Positions 27,815 through 39,891 of a stretch of DNA of 64,000 bases are shown piece by piece. The number at the start of each line of letters is the position of its first letter. The first letter of the stretch is position 1. The notes below the pieces were generated by a model that saw only the letters and a program-made list of their open reading frames with translations, ran no database searches and was not told where the DNA came from. Source of the DNA: Felis catus (Eukaryota); the NCBI RefSeq assembly GCF_018350175.1, contig NC_058368.1, positions 136,836,001 to 136,900,000 on the forward strand, written 5' to 3'. The translations under genes were made by a program, and so were the position numbers.

Positions 27815-28889
27815 TCTGTGTACCTCATTGAATTTACATAATAAACTAGATACAAATTATTGTTGTTACCTCCTAGAAGTGATCAGAACATAGAATATGA
27901 AGCTATGTTTCTGTTTCCAGTATTAAAAAGCAAATACAGGCACACATATGTACAGAAGCGAAAGAAGGAGGGAGTAGGAAACACCTAGAAACCCTTCTGA
28001 ATGTAGATGTTTAGATTTTCATGTATCCATTTGTCTGTCACCAGAAGCTTTAAAACAAATAGTTTCAGTAAAGGAAAAATCTAAAGGCAAGCTTTATACG
28101 CATATATACTAAGAAAAAGAGACTAACGGAGGATGATATGGAACTGAAAGATTAGGAAAGCTGGTTTCAGAAAATGTCAGGCTTCAAGAGCAAGGTTTGA
28201 AAAATCACTGCAACAAGCCAAAGGCCTCCACAGCTGAAATGACACAGCAAAACTAAACCTCAGCTGATGAGAGAAATGTTTGCAAGAGAGAACCACAGTG
28301 CTTTGCTTCACCCTAATTCAAACGAGTCAGTGGTGTATATACTTCTTTGATTCCGAAAGGGAGTTCTTAAAAAAAAAAAAAAAAAAAAAGTGCTGAAAAC
28401 CTAAAGATATCCCTTACTTTATATTACTTATAAACTGAAAAATCAGAAATAAAACATTTAATTCAGCAGGGCTCAGAAATCCAATTCAGCTCATCACCAG
28501 GGCCCTTACCCCTAGCAAGGTGATGTAAGCCAGAGAACTTTTTCTCATAGAAAGCAGGGAGCTTCCCCATCAGGCCTGCCCTCCTAAAGGCACCCTATCA
28601 GTTTGCCAAAAAGGGTTTCTCCTTAGTCCCATTCACTGTGGGCCCTAGTCTGTAATTCAAAAGCTGCTCACTGGTTAATGCTGTTAACTTGCACCTTCTA
28701 TCTCCTCAATAGATCTGCATGGTTAGTGGAGGAATTTCAGAGGTGATGCTTTAATTCAGTGTTTATTTTAACCAAAGGGAAGCCCAGTACAGAAAACAGT
28801 TTAAAACTGTAATCTTCTGACTTGAAATGGAAAGCCCAAGAACCCGTAGGGTTCTCTGAAGCTCAGTTGGTAAAAGTAAGGCCCTTTCA

Positions 28890-30270
28890 ATAAAAATATC
28901 AACTGGAATGGGTTAAAATGTGTGGAATACTTAAATCCATGAGTTCATACTGATATTTAAAAAATCTATCACCAGTGATCATTTTTAGAGGATGGTAGGA
29001 GGTCAACCCATGATTTTGAAAGCTGCCTCTTTCATACAAACTGTACTGCTGATGAAAGAGATAACTAAACTGCTGATGAAAGAGAATTCTTCTAAGACAT
29101 TTTCTGGGTAATAAATAAGAAACAATAGAATTAAAATGGTAACATTTTGCAGCTCCTAATAAAAGAGTAGATATAAGCAATAGTCATGACTGGCCTTTAA
29201 CATCACAGAGGCCTTTAACATAAACAAATGCTGTGTGCCTCTTGACAAAAGTAAACAACACTTATATTCATGCCAAAAGAAAAACAAAAAAAACAAAAAA
29301 ACTAAATCTGATCAAGTGTCCAACTCTAACTACCAGCTTTAGCAGACAAATGGAAGGTAGAAGAACATGTTACACACCACCAAAGGAATGAAAACAGCAA
29401 ATCCAGAATATGGGAACAAAAGACCTGTTTTCCTCAACAAATAACAGCAAGAAAAAGAAACTTATAGATTTAAAAATATTTAATTGAAAGACATCTCAAC
29501 ACATTACAGTGTATGAACCTTACCTGGGCCCATTTCAACAAACTATAAATTAAAAACAAATGTATAAGACATTTGGGGAAATGTAAACATTGATGGCACA
29601 TCGAATGATGTTAAGGAATGACTAATTTTTTAAAATGAGAATGGTATTATAATTGTATTTTTAAAAAATCCTTATCTTTTAGAGGTACATGTGAAAATAC
29701 ACATAAAATGATCTGCTAACAAATGTTAAAAAGTAATCAGGTCATGGGAAAGGGAATTGATGAAACAAGTCTAGAAGGAATTGACAACTGCTGAAGCAGT
29801 TGTACCGGGTGACAGTACTCCGGAGGTTCATTATACCAACCTCTCTACTTCTATATATTTCTATAAAAAAGATTTTAAAAGAGGCAAGAGAAGGGGAGGA
29901 TATAATGAATTGCACTGTATGGACCTTATCTGCATACTGATTCAACCAAACCATTAAAAAGATTTATGAAATTATCAGGGTAATTTGAACATTGTGTCTT
30001 TCACATTTAAATAATTATTAAAAATTTAAGTGTGATAGTGGTATTAAAAGTACCCTTATATTTGAGATATATATTAAAATATTTATGGATGAAATTAGAT
30101 ACTATCTGGGATTTGCCTCAAAATAAACCAAAGGATCAGCATGGTACAATCAGAATTAGAGATGAAGTAAATATCAGCCATGAGCTGCTAATGGGAGCCA
30201 GTATTAGGACTTCTTGAGGGGGAGGAATGTTTTATTTCTTACATAGGTTTGTCCACCTTGTGATAGTATA
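28890..30270 (+). mobile_element. Old L1 (L1MC/ME-type) 3' region fragments
   Basis: A-rich, with AAATCCATGAGTTCATACTGAT and CCTTATCTTTTAGAG/ATACATATTAAAATATTTATGGATGAAAT-type L1M 3' motifs. Confidence 0.65.
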
Positions 30271-30331
30271 CCAATTTAAACATTATGATTTATGGACTTT
30301 TTCAGTATACATTATACTGCAACCAAAAGGT

Positions 30332-30540
30332 ATTTTTTAATTTTTAATGTTTATTTATTTAGTTTTTTGAGAGAGAGAGACAGTGTGAGCAGGGGAGGGG
30401 CAGAGAGAGACACACACACACACAGAATCCAAAGCAGGCTCCAGGCTCGGAGCTTGTCAGCAGAGAGCCCCACGCGGGGCTCGAACTCACGAACTGGGCC
30501 AAGGTCGGAGGCTTAACCGACTGAGCCACCCAGGCGCCCC
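30332..30540 (-). mobile_element. Can-SINE
   Basis: Antisense copy ending CTGAGCCACCCAGGCGCCCC. Confidence 0.92.
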
Positions 30541-30989
30541 AAAATGTATTTTTTTTTTTTAAAGCAAGAAATCCACTGTTCAGTGCGAGGGAAGACACTG
30601 CTACAGATTATCACCGAGAAAGCTATTTTTCAGCATAAAGGAAATGGGCTCAAGTAAATGTCAAAATATGGCCTCAGTTTCCTCATCTATAAGCAGCAGC
30701 TGCATTAGCTGGCTGTTGTGTGCATTAAATGGGATGGTGCGTCTTAAGTGCTCAGCACAGAACTAGTAACGAATGAAAGCTGCCTTTCGACTCTTGCCAC
30801 AACACCTGACTTGCATTCATACCCTGCTTGATCCCTAAACTGCAGTGTAGGTACCAAATAGCACCCGCGGTTTTAATCAAGACCTCCGTAGTAATAAATT
30901 ACCCTCCTACCGGGGCTGGACAGATCCCCATTAGGGCGCCCCCAAGGCTCTAATAGAAAACCACTGAGACTGAACAGGAGGCACCGAAC

Positions 30990-31430
30990 ATCTCTCATCC
31001 GCAAGTAACCCGCGTGGAAGCAAAATCACGTAAGCAGATGGAAGCCAAAGCCCTACACCCACCCAGGAACCTTACCTCTCCCACCCAGCTCCACTCCACC
31101 CCACGCCCTCCAATGAAGACGCGCGGAGTAAATGCCTCATATCGCCCCTCCTCCCTCCCCCAATCAACGAGCCCGCACCAGGTCCCAGCGCCCAATCACA
31201 GCGCTCCACATGCTAAGGGCAGGACTCCGCGCGCGCGCACGCACGTACGGAGGAGGCTTCCCGAAAGGTCCGCACCCAAATGCCCAGTTCCAAAGGCTGC
31301 GCGGCGGTCTCCGCAGAGGCGGCGCTGCCACCTACTGTACGATCCTCGGGATGCAGCCCTGGGCGCAGTGCCTCAATTCTGAGGACTCACATCTCAACCC
31401 AAACGCTCAAGAGTTAGGGAAAACATGCGC
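30990..31430. promoter_or_regulatory. Intronic CpG-rich promoter/enhancer-like element in MRPS27 intron 2
   Basis: Non-repeat GC/CpG-rich block in an AT-rich intron; CCAAT at 31110, 31160 and 31192; GCGCGCGCACGCAC run near 31229-31243; minus-strand donor GAG|GTAAGG at 31076/31075. Confidence 0.7.
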
Positions 31431-32384
31431 GAAAGTTTTAATTACATTTCGTTACATAGAAGGAAAAAAAATACTGTCTCAGATAGGCTCTTTTCCTTTA
31501 GAGCAGTTGGGAGTTTTAAAACCCTCTCACTTCATGGCCTAATCTTTTATACAGTGTAGAATCAAGAGGCTAGAGATTCATTCATTTCACCTATTTCGGG
31601 AGCACCTATTATATGTCAGAGTGTTAACTGAAGCAGGCTTTATAATCCTCCCTAATTTATGGCAACAAGAACATGGGTTAAATAACAGTTTCTGAAAGCT
31701 GTCAGAGCTTGGGCTCACATCCAGTTGTGTCCTCGAAGTGCAGACTTTTCACCACTTCAAACGACACAACAAAGACACAAAGTGCTGTAAGAATACAGGG
31801 TGAGGAAAAAAATCAATTCTGACTGGATAGGGATCCAAGACGTACAGAGGATATTCTAGGCAGAGTACCATTCAGTAAATGGTAGCCGTTACTACTTTCC
31901 AAGTATACTAATCTTAAGAGAGAGAAGACAATTACCTACATTTGTTGCAGACTTATAATTCTCATTCTCTGGCAAATAGCTTCTGCTTATTCAGGAATCT
32001 ATGACAAAGGTTCCATAATTTTGTCCCCTAATACACAGGGCTTACTACATCCTATACCAAGGCACCAAATACAATTGTCTTTTCTAAATTTCCCTTCGTA
32101 CCTAGGAAAGTGTTAATAGCTGAATAGCTTTCCTGGCATATCATAACAACCTTACAATATAATTCATGGAGTCCATGTTGATTTCATCATTGGAATGGTT
32201 GTTCCCAAAAAGAGCACTATTGGCCCCAGATGGCATAAATGCCCATTTTCTAAAGAAATATTGGGTTATTTTTTTTTGACTCTCACAATGACTACAGGGA
32301 GTAGTGAGTGATCAGCAGACAAGAAAATTAGATAACCTGCAACGCAGAGACTGTACAACACATTAAAACACTGTCCCTGTTGGG

Positions 32385-33600
32385 GGCCAGAGTTTTCAGT
32401 ATAGAAGGCTGATACAAATATGGACTAGAGGAAGGCAAGGAAGAACCCTCCGGGTATGAACTGGAATTAGAGGTTTTAGCATGAATTAATTATTTGTAAT
32501 GTATGTACATGTAAGCTTATATGCATGTATGTGCATGTGTTTATGTGTATACGTACCTTTATTTTTCCTAGCTCTATCTACTGAATAGACCAAGAAGCAA
32601 AAATCCCATAGTAGCAAGAGGACAAGTAGTGCACAGATCTTGGTTTCTAACACCATTCCTTATTAAAAGGAAGCAGGACTCCTTGGAGAAATAATTGATT
32701 CCAGGGATAGAGCAGGAAGATACAGGATGGAACATTGGGACTCAGGTTGAAAGGGCTTCTACCAGCCAACTCTGAAACAATTTGACCACTAAAATAACAA
32801 GGATGGTAATGAATCATTAAAAGTAAAAGAGGAATCCACAACCCACAAGACCATACTGATAATAAACAGAGAAAGAAAGAAATGGGAGAAAAGGGAGGGC
32901 TCCTGCTTACATTAGAATACTGAGTACTAATCACGAAATGTGGAGGTATTAATAGAATTGGAAAACCATTGTTTTGCAAACATTATATTAAAGATTGATT
33001 CAGACAAGAAGCTGAATGGATACTAAATCTTAGGGGGAAACTCTTGATAAGCAGCAGGACACTGGCATGATATTAAAGTATCTCCCCACAAATTGCCCAT
33101 TAGTCACAAGGGAGATAAACAGTAACTCTACGGTGGAAAGATCAGACACATTTGACTGGATGATCAAAGTTGACCTCAGCAGTGAGGGCAGAGGGACATC
33201 AGGTGTCTCCCGATAAGAAGTCGTCCTGAAAAGGACACAATATCCCTGACAATATTCTGGCCAGGGAGCCTTTTGAATCTAATTATGAAGAAATATAAAA
33301 CAAACCCCAAAAGAAGAATATTCTATTAAAAAAAGGGACTCGCTTCTTAAGAAACGTCGGGTAGTCTACACCAAAGCAGTCAGTTTAAAGGCAATAGTAT
33401 ATGCCACAAACTCCCAAATGGGTTAAAAAAAAAAAAAAAAAAAAAAAAAGTGTGACTGTAGATAAATGAGAAAGCAAAACAAAAGGGTCAAAATGATGAC
33501 ACCTGGTGAATCTAGGCAGAGACTATAGATGCTTTTTGTATTGCTCTTACAATTTTTTGTAAGTTTAAAATTGGCAAATAAAAAGTTAAAATATTTGCCC
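32385..33600 (+). mobile_element. Old L1 (L1MC/MD-type) 3' region
   Basis: CAGATCTTGGTTTCTAACACCATT...GATTCCAGGGATAGAGCAGG, similar to 5085-5180; 3' end TTGTAAGTTTAAAATT...AAAAGTTAAAA. Confidence 0.7.
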
Positions 33601-34289
33601 CACATACCATGGCATATAGGACATGGCAGACAATTACACGATTAAAAAAAAGGCAACCTATTGATAATTAACAACTCCATTTTACATATAAACGCAAAGT
33701 ACTTTTGGGGGCGTAATTTGAAAATAAGCTGAATTTTTTCATAGATGCAACTACCATGTAAACTGAAGAAAGCAGTTTGCTTTGTTCAGAACTTTACCAA
33801 GAGTTGTTCACCATTTTGTGAATAAATCTGTGTCGCTCATGATAATGCCGCTCCTGGTATTGGAGTTTGCCAGTATACCAACCACATCTACATCTATTTG
33901 CATTTCTATCTGATTTCTACATTTCAGTGCAAGTACATAGTGGCTCACCTTCAGATTCTCCACAGCTCTGCCTTGGTTAGTCCCTGTCTATACACCCATT
34001 CCAGGACACAGAAACCAACTCTGCTCTTGCAATAACAACATCAGGGGAGAAAATGAGTTATTTGCAACCCCTACCTCTTTCCTAAGCTAGCCACTGCACA
34101 CAGCTACAAAACAGTGTCTCCCTCAGACCCCTGTTATGAGAAGAATCCATAAACAGAGGGGGACTTTATTCTTTAACATAAGCCCAAAAAAGCAGACAAA
34201 GAAATCTGAGTGAGAAGATTAGATCAGCACTGGAACTGACAAAATATTGAATCAATCCCACAAAACTATCACCAATTGTCTGACTTTAT

Positions 34290-34462
34290 TATTTTTTTTA
34301 AGTTTATTGATTTATTTTGAGACATAGCAAGCAGGGGAGGGGCAGAGAGAGAGGGAGAGAGAGAATCCCAAGCACAGGGCTCAATGCCACAAACCATGAG
34401 GTTGTGAACTAAGCCAAAATCAAGAGTCGGGTGCTTGAATGACTGAGCCACCCAGGTGCCCC
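34290..34462 (-). mobile_element. Can-SINE (internally deleted)
   Basis: Antisense copy; TSD AATTGTCTGACTTTATT on both sides. Confidence 0.9.
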
Positions 34463-35049
34463 CTCCCTTTTTTAATTGTCTGACTTTATTAACGTTCTAT
34501 TGATAGTATGCATAATATATATTACATATATGAAGTATTTATATTTCTACAAAGTGTTCATATGATCAGTGATTTTCTCCAGGCTTTGTTATTTTAGAAA
34601 AGAAAGGCTGCTATCTGTGTAATATGACCTAAAGAACAGGGAAAGGGAAATAAGTAAAATAGAAAAGAGTCAGAAACAACTCTGAAGACCACAAGTTAAG
34701 AAATAACAATAAAAAAGGATGAAAATATAAAAAATATTTTTCTCTGCAGATAATGTAAAACAGAGACAAGCTGCATGGTAACTAACTATATGACAAAAGT
34801 GGGCAAAAAACAAGAAAGAGTCATTTACATAATTTAGGGACACTAATCATCAAGGCAAAAATTAAAAAGAAATTTGCAGGATAGCAAAAATGATTTTGCC
34901 ACGTGTGAAGTTACAGTCTAATTCTTTTTAAGACTTAAAATGTGCTTATCTGAATGGGATCATAAGAGCATCATTTCATAAATATATGAACATGATGGTA
35001 AATATAGAGTGATTGACTTGACCTATATAACAGCCTAATAGGTACCTAC

Positions 35050-35127
35050 CAAGGTGACAATGTTCTTTTTCTCTTGCTTCCCATTTGTGGCTGTCCACAT
35101 ATGCTGCAGAAAGAAGGCATCTTTTAC
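35050..35127 (-). CDS. MRPS27: MRPS27 coding exon 2
   Basis: cttcag|GTAAAAGATGC...CACCTTG|gtaggt, 78 nt, (G)[25 protein letters not shown]; matches recalled human [22 protein letters not shown]. Confidence 0.97.
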
Positions 35128-35809
35128 CTGAAGAAAAAGTCAATTATCAACAGGTGTGGTTTCACAAGTTCAGTTTATATGTCTTATTAAAGATATCTTT
35201 GTCCTATTTTCAATGTACTAGATTATGTAAAGATTCTTGTACGATACTCTAACCAATATTGCCCAGTTCATAATTCAGTACATGACAACATGCATTCAAC
35301 ATCTGCCAAGTAGAAGATGCAGAAAAAACTGACAATGTCTACAATAAGGTTATGGGTAAGAATGCTAGTAATTTTGTTCCTGTAAGTTTAGGACTGGAAG
35401 CCACTTGTTCTCCCTAAATTATAGCATAGGTGAGCCCTAGAACTCCTCAGAACCCAAATACTTGCTGAACTATTGCTTAACTCACAAATTGAATGCTTTA
35501 TAATCGTTAGTCCTAAAAACATTTCCATCTGACTTGGATCAGCACATTTACCCTAACTTCACCTAAAGCAGAGTATCCTGCCCAGTAACCTAGCACCCTA
35601 GTTATGAATAAGAAAAACCTAACAAGCCAGATTTGAGGTAACTCACTAGAGGGCACAGCTGCATTCAGGGCACCTGGCGCAATGACTGGCATATGGCAAT
35701 GCCCAATAGACAGGAGTTCAAGGAATGAATGAGAAAAAATGAGCATAAACTTAAACAAAACTAGAAGCTTTTATGTTTCAAAGGACACCATTAAGAAAGT
35801 GAAAGGACA

Positions 35810-36028
35810 GGGTTGCCTGGGTGGCTCAGTTGGTTGGGTGTCCAACTTTGGCTCAAGTCATGATCTCACAGTTCATGGATCCGAGCCCCGCGTCAGGCTC
35901 TGTGCTGACAGTCCAGAGCCTGGAGCCTGCTTCAGATTCTGTGTCTCCTCTCCCTCTCTCCACCCCTCCCCCACTCGCTCTTGCTCTCTCTCTCTCTCAA
36001 AAATAAACATTCAAAAAAATTTTTTTAA
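35810..36028 (+). mobile_element. Can-SINE
   Basis: GGGTTGCCTGGGTGGCTCAG head, CT tract and A tail. Confidence 0.92.
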
Positions 36029-36617
36029 ACCAGGAAGGTCTCTCCTTTCTGTCAGAAACAGGAACAGCCCTTCTCTATGTGAGCAAGAGGTAAGGATAGG
36101 ACTGTTAAGCTAACACTTAAGGATACCAGTGACTTATTGTCTTATTATTATAATTTCTTATTCTCTATTTATTTTTCTAGAATATGCTTCATTCTAGCAT
36201 AAAAAATACCCCCCCCCCCCATTCTGGAGTCAGAAAAGACAATTATCTAGGTCAATGAAGAATTTCGAATTGGGAGATGAGACAAAAAGTAGGGGTGGTC
36301 AGAGTGGGGAAAGGTAGAGGAGTTCAAGAATGCCCTTTGTGTGCAGTTGTTCAAGGGCATCACATGAACTGAAAACAAAAAAACAAATAAGGACTAGTAA
36401 ATCTACAAAAGGTAAGCTGAACTATTATATATGAACTATTTATATATATGAACTATTTAATGTTTGCTTTTTAAGAAAGTAACTAATCACTTTCCATCTC
36501 CATTGAGTGTAGAACAAAAGGAAAGGGTATAAGGATGAAGAATTTAAATTTAGCAAATAGAAAACTTTCCTAGACCAATAGAAACAAATAATAAATGTAG
36601 AAATGTGTGGCCAAATT

Positions 36618-37122
36618 TGGTAGGCAGAATCATGTCCCTCCAAAAGATGTCCATGTCTTACTCTCCCAAACCTACGAATGTTAGGGTAATAGCTAAGGGG
36701 GATTAAGGTTACAGATAGAATTAAGATCACAAATCATCTGATCTTAAAATGAGGCGACTACATCGGCTTATCCAGGTGGGCCCAGTGTAATCACAAGGTC
36801 TTTAAAAGTGGAAAAGACAGATACCGAGATGAATGAAGGATGGAGTGATGTAAAGACGTGACTTGCTCTTACTCGTGTTAAATGTATTTGAAAAAGGGGG
36901 AGCATCAGCCAAGGATTTCAAGTGGTTTCATGAAGAGGGACAAGACCTGGAAACAGATTGCCCCTTACAGAATTTGCAAGGAACCTGTCCCTTTCAACAC
37001 CCTGATTTCCACATAGCAAGACCCACTGGTCAGACTTGTGACCTACAGAACTGTAATAGTTGTATTGTTTTATACCACTTTATTTGTAATAATTTGTTAA
37101 AACTACAATAGGAAATTAGTGC
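36618..37122 (+). mobile_element. MaLR solo LTR (MLT1D-like)
   Basis: TGGTAGGCAGAATCATGTCCCTCCAAAAGATGTCC...ATCCAGGTGGGCCCAGTGTAATCACAAGG...ACCTACAGAACTGTAA, typical MLT1 motifs. Confidence 0.85.
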
Positions 37123-37779
37123 ACCTTAAAACAAACATTCTTTAAAAAAAAAAAAAAAAAAACAACCAAACATTCTTTAAAGAATGTTTCTGTAAGCCTT
37201 TTAAAGACAGTAAGAGCCTCACAGGTTTAGGTTTAGGTGTCTGAGTCTGATAAATTCCACTCTGAATAGGCCACCCAGCAGTATTTACAAACCTTTCTTG
37301 AACTTAATTATCCTTCAGCCAGTTAGCTTTGGTGGCAACCATATTCTCTAAAATAACTATCCGCTATAAGAAGAAGTAATTTCTCCATTTAATCCTAAAA
37401 AGGTACCTCCAAGGACCAGAATCTCAACGTTTAGTGGAAAGTGATTGGCTGTATCTATATTCTTAGTCATTTTGTAGTTACTTTGGCCTTTAGACCAATG
37501 TCTCCAAACATGTTTACCATCCAAAGAAAAGCAGTGTGACTGTCGATACAGATAGCCTTTTAGAGTCACAAAATCTTAAGTTGGAATCCTTGGCTTGCTA
37601 AGAAATGGTATGAAATGGGGGCAAGTTGCACAAGCTGAGCTCCTTTCATGATACAAAAGACAGCGCCTACCTTGATCAGTTTAAATGAGGGCACATTATA
37701 TGTTTAATGTTCACTATGTAGTAGGTACCCAGTAAATTTCTTTTCTCTACCCTATTCATGTGTTATTTATTTTTAAAAT

Positions 37780-37972
37780 ACTTTTTTTTTTTAAAGCTTA
37801 TTTATGTGAGGGCAGGGGCAGATGGACAGAGAGAGAGGGAGAATCCCAAGCAGGCTCTGCAGAGTCAGTACAGAGCCCAATGTGTGGCTCGATGTCACGG
37901 TTTGTGAGACCACATCCCCAAGCCAAAACCAAGATTCAGATGTTTAACTGACTGAGCCACCCAGGTACTCCC
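37780..37972 (-). mobile_element. Can-SINE
   Basis: Antisense copy ending CTGAGCCACCCAGGTACTCC. Confidence 0.88.
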
Positions 37973-38139
37973 CTCTTCAGGTATTTAAATCACTTTTCTA
38001 ATTTGTACTAAGTATATTTTTTTCCTCTCTTACCCTGTAATGGCTCAAAATATTTTGATGACTTAATAGTCAAGCTCCTTATCAGCATTTTCAAATCCTG
38101 AATGGGTTATAATGCACTATCTTAGGTACTGTTTTATTT

Positions 38140-38430
38140 CAAGTTTTTATTTAAATTCTTAGTTAACATATAGAGTAAAATTGGTTTCAGGTGTAGAATT
38201 TAGTGACTTAAAACACCCAGTGTTCATCACAAGTACCCTCCTTGATACCCATCACCCATGTAGCCCATCTGCACTCGCCTCCCTCCATGAACCCGGTTTG
38301 TTCTCTCTAGTTAAGAGTCTCTTACAGTTTGCTTCCCTCGTTTTTTTCCCTTCCCCTATGCTGATATTTTTTTTTTGTATCTTAAATTGCACACAGGAGT
38401 GAAATCACATAGTATGTCTTTCCTGACTGA
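38140..38430 (-). mobile_element. Carnivore L1 3' end fragment
   Basis: GTTAACATATAG...CACCCAGTGTTCATCACAAGTACCCTCCTT is the reverse complement of the same L1 3' UTR seen at 27666. Confidence 0.85.
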
Positions 38431-38509
38431 AGTTCCTACATAATTCTATTACTTGCCTTATAGTTTCCAATTACTCGTTTCAAGACTCCTTTCTTCTATG
38501 GTCTAACCT

Positions 38510-38676
38510 AGTGCTTATTCAATAGAACTTCCTATAATGATGGAAATGTTCTGAGCTATACAACTGTAGCCACCAAGCATAGGTCCCTACTAAACATTTA
38601 AAAAATGTGTGACTAAAATTGAATTTAATCTCAATAGCCACAAGTAGCTAGTAGCTACCACAATGGAAGAACACAG
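38510..38676. mobile_element. MER3-like hAT relic
   Basis: CAATAGAACTTCCTATAATGATGGAAATGTTCT...TAGCCACAAGTAGCTAGTAGCTACC. Confidence 0.7.
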
Positions 38677-39164
38677 GTGTAAATTACACGTTCACCAGTT
38701 TAAGAACAAATGCTAACTGAAAATTCTCGTAAGTCACCCTTACCTAATTTCCATTCCCTTATCAGAATGATTGCCCCAAACACAATGCAACCATGATGGT
38801 CTCCCTGATAAGCAATTCAAGGTCTTGTTTAAATTGAAAAGCATTTAGTAACCACCATAATTAAACATGCTAGCAAATAGGTACAGCAGCTAATTCTTAA
38901 TGAGATGCCAGGTACTGTACATACTTTACTTAACATGTGGCACTAAACACTTTCACCTGCCAGGTCAACCAATTAATTCTCAGAAAACCTGGTGGCTATC
39001 AATGAGGTTTCATGCCCATAGTTAATGGCTGTTGCTAAACAAGTGTGAACAACAGTGTATGCGCTGGTTTTTAACAGGAGTTAGAGGAGGTATATTGGAA
39101 ACATCAACTGTGATTACTGCATTTTAGTTATTTAATCATACTGTTAAGAATACAGTATAAAATT

Positions 39165-39285
39165 GCATAAGACATAAAAAAGTGTTAATAGACTGTGATG
39201 GGTAAGGGAGGAGTCAAAACTTAAACACAAATTTTCAACTGCCTGGTATCATGGCCCTAATCCCTTACTTGTTCAAAGGTCAAAG
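39165..39285. mobile_element. Tigger4/MER46-like fragment
   Basis: GAGTCAAAACTTA...ATTTTCAACTGC...TTGTTCAAAGGTCAA resembles the recalled Tigger4 terminus. Confidence 0.55.
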
Positions 39286-39818
39286 GTACTTCAGAAGTGC
39301 CTATTGTCTCTACACATGGAAAACTGTGGCATAGAAATGTCATTCAAAAGTTGTGCCCCAGATCATTAAGTAATGCGAAATTAGTACTGAAATACTTATC
39401 CCATGTGTAAACTAAAGGTCTGGTCAAGTGTGAGGTGGTGAGGTTTTCGACGCCCCTCCAAGAACACTTAAGCGGGGAGGAAAAGTTCTAGCTCTGGGGT
39501 GGGCACATTTGGGCTCTTCATGGTCAGTGAAGAGACGACCACCCTAACACAAACCCTGCAAATCACAGGTAAAAGCCCTCATGCCATGACTTCCTCTACT
39601 CTTCGCACTTTTGGGCTGGCAGGCACTATTCTAGGCAAGCATACAGGTCGGGGGCCTTACCTCCCCCTTCTGTGCTACCCAACGCTCCAAACGGTTTCTC
39701 TAGCAACTAGAACCCAGAAGCCTTTCCTGTCCTGATGAAAACCCGCAGCTCCTTTTACTTAAGGAAGAGTGTTCAGGTGCCTAATGAGGTACCCCACAAA
39801 AGGAAAGCAGCCACAAAC

Positions 39819-39891
39819 CTGCCAGGGAGATTGGAGGCAGAGGCACTCTCCGCGCCAGAAGAAACCAGCGCCTCGCTATGGGGGCTGCCAT
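39819..39891 (-). CDS. MRPS27: MRPS27 (mitochondrial ribosomal protein mS27, PPR protein) coding exon 1
   Basis: Minus strand ccaagATG... translates to MAAPIARRWFLLARRVPLPPISLA-G (73 nt, phase 1), followed by donor gtttgt. It resembles the recalled human N-terminus [25 protein letters not shown] and is Arg-rich with no acidic residues, like a presequence. Confidence 0.95.

Noticed and set aside
29040..29222. Direct repeats ACTGCTGATGAAAGAG (x2) and GGCCTTTAACAT (x2)
   Set aside because: Short slippage-type duplications within an old L1; only two units each and no array structure.
31014..31542. 122-aa and 136-aa plus-strand ORFs
   Set aside because: Pro/Arg-rich translations expected from a GC-rich island, with no recognisable domain. 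Treated as regulatory sequence.
36418..36458. TGAACTATT-containing tandem units (x3)
   Set aside because: Ordinary AT-rich slippage repeat.
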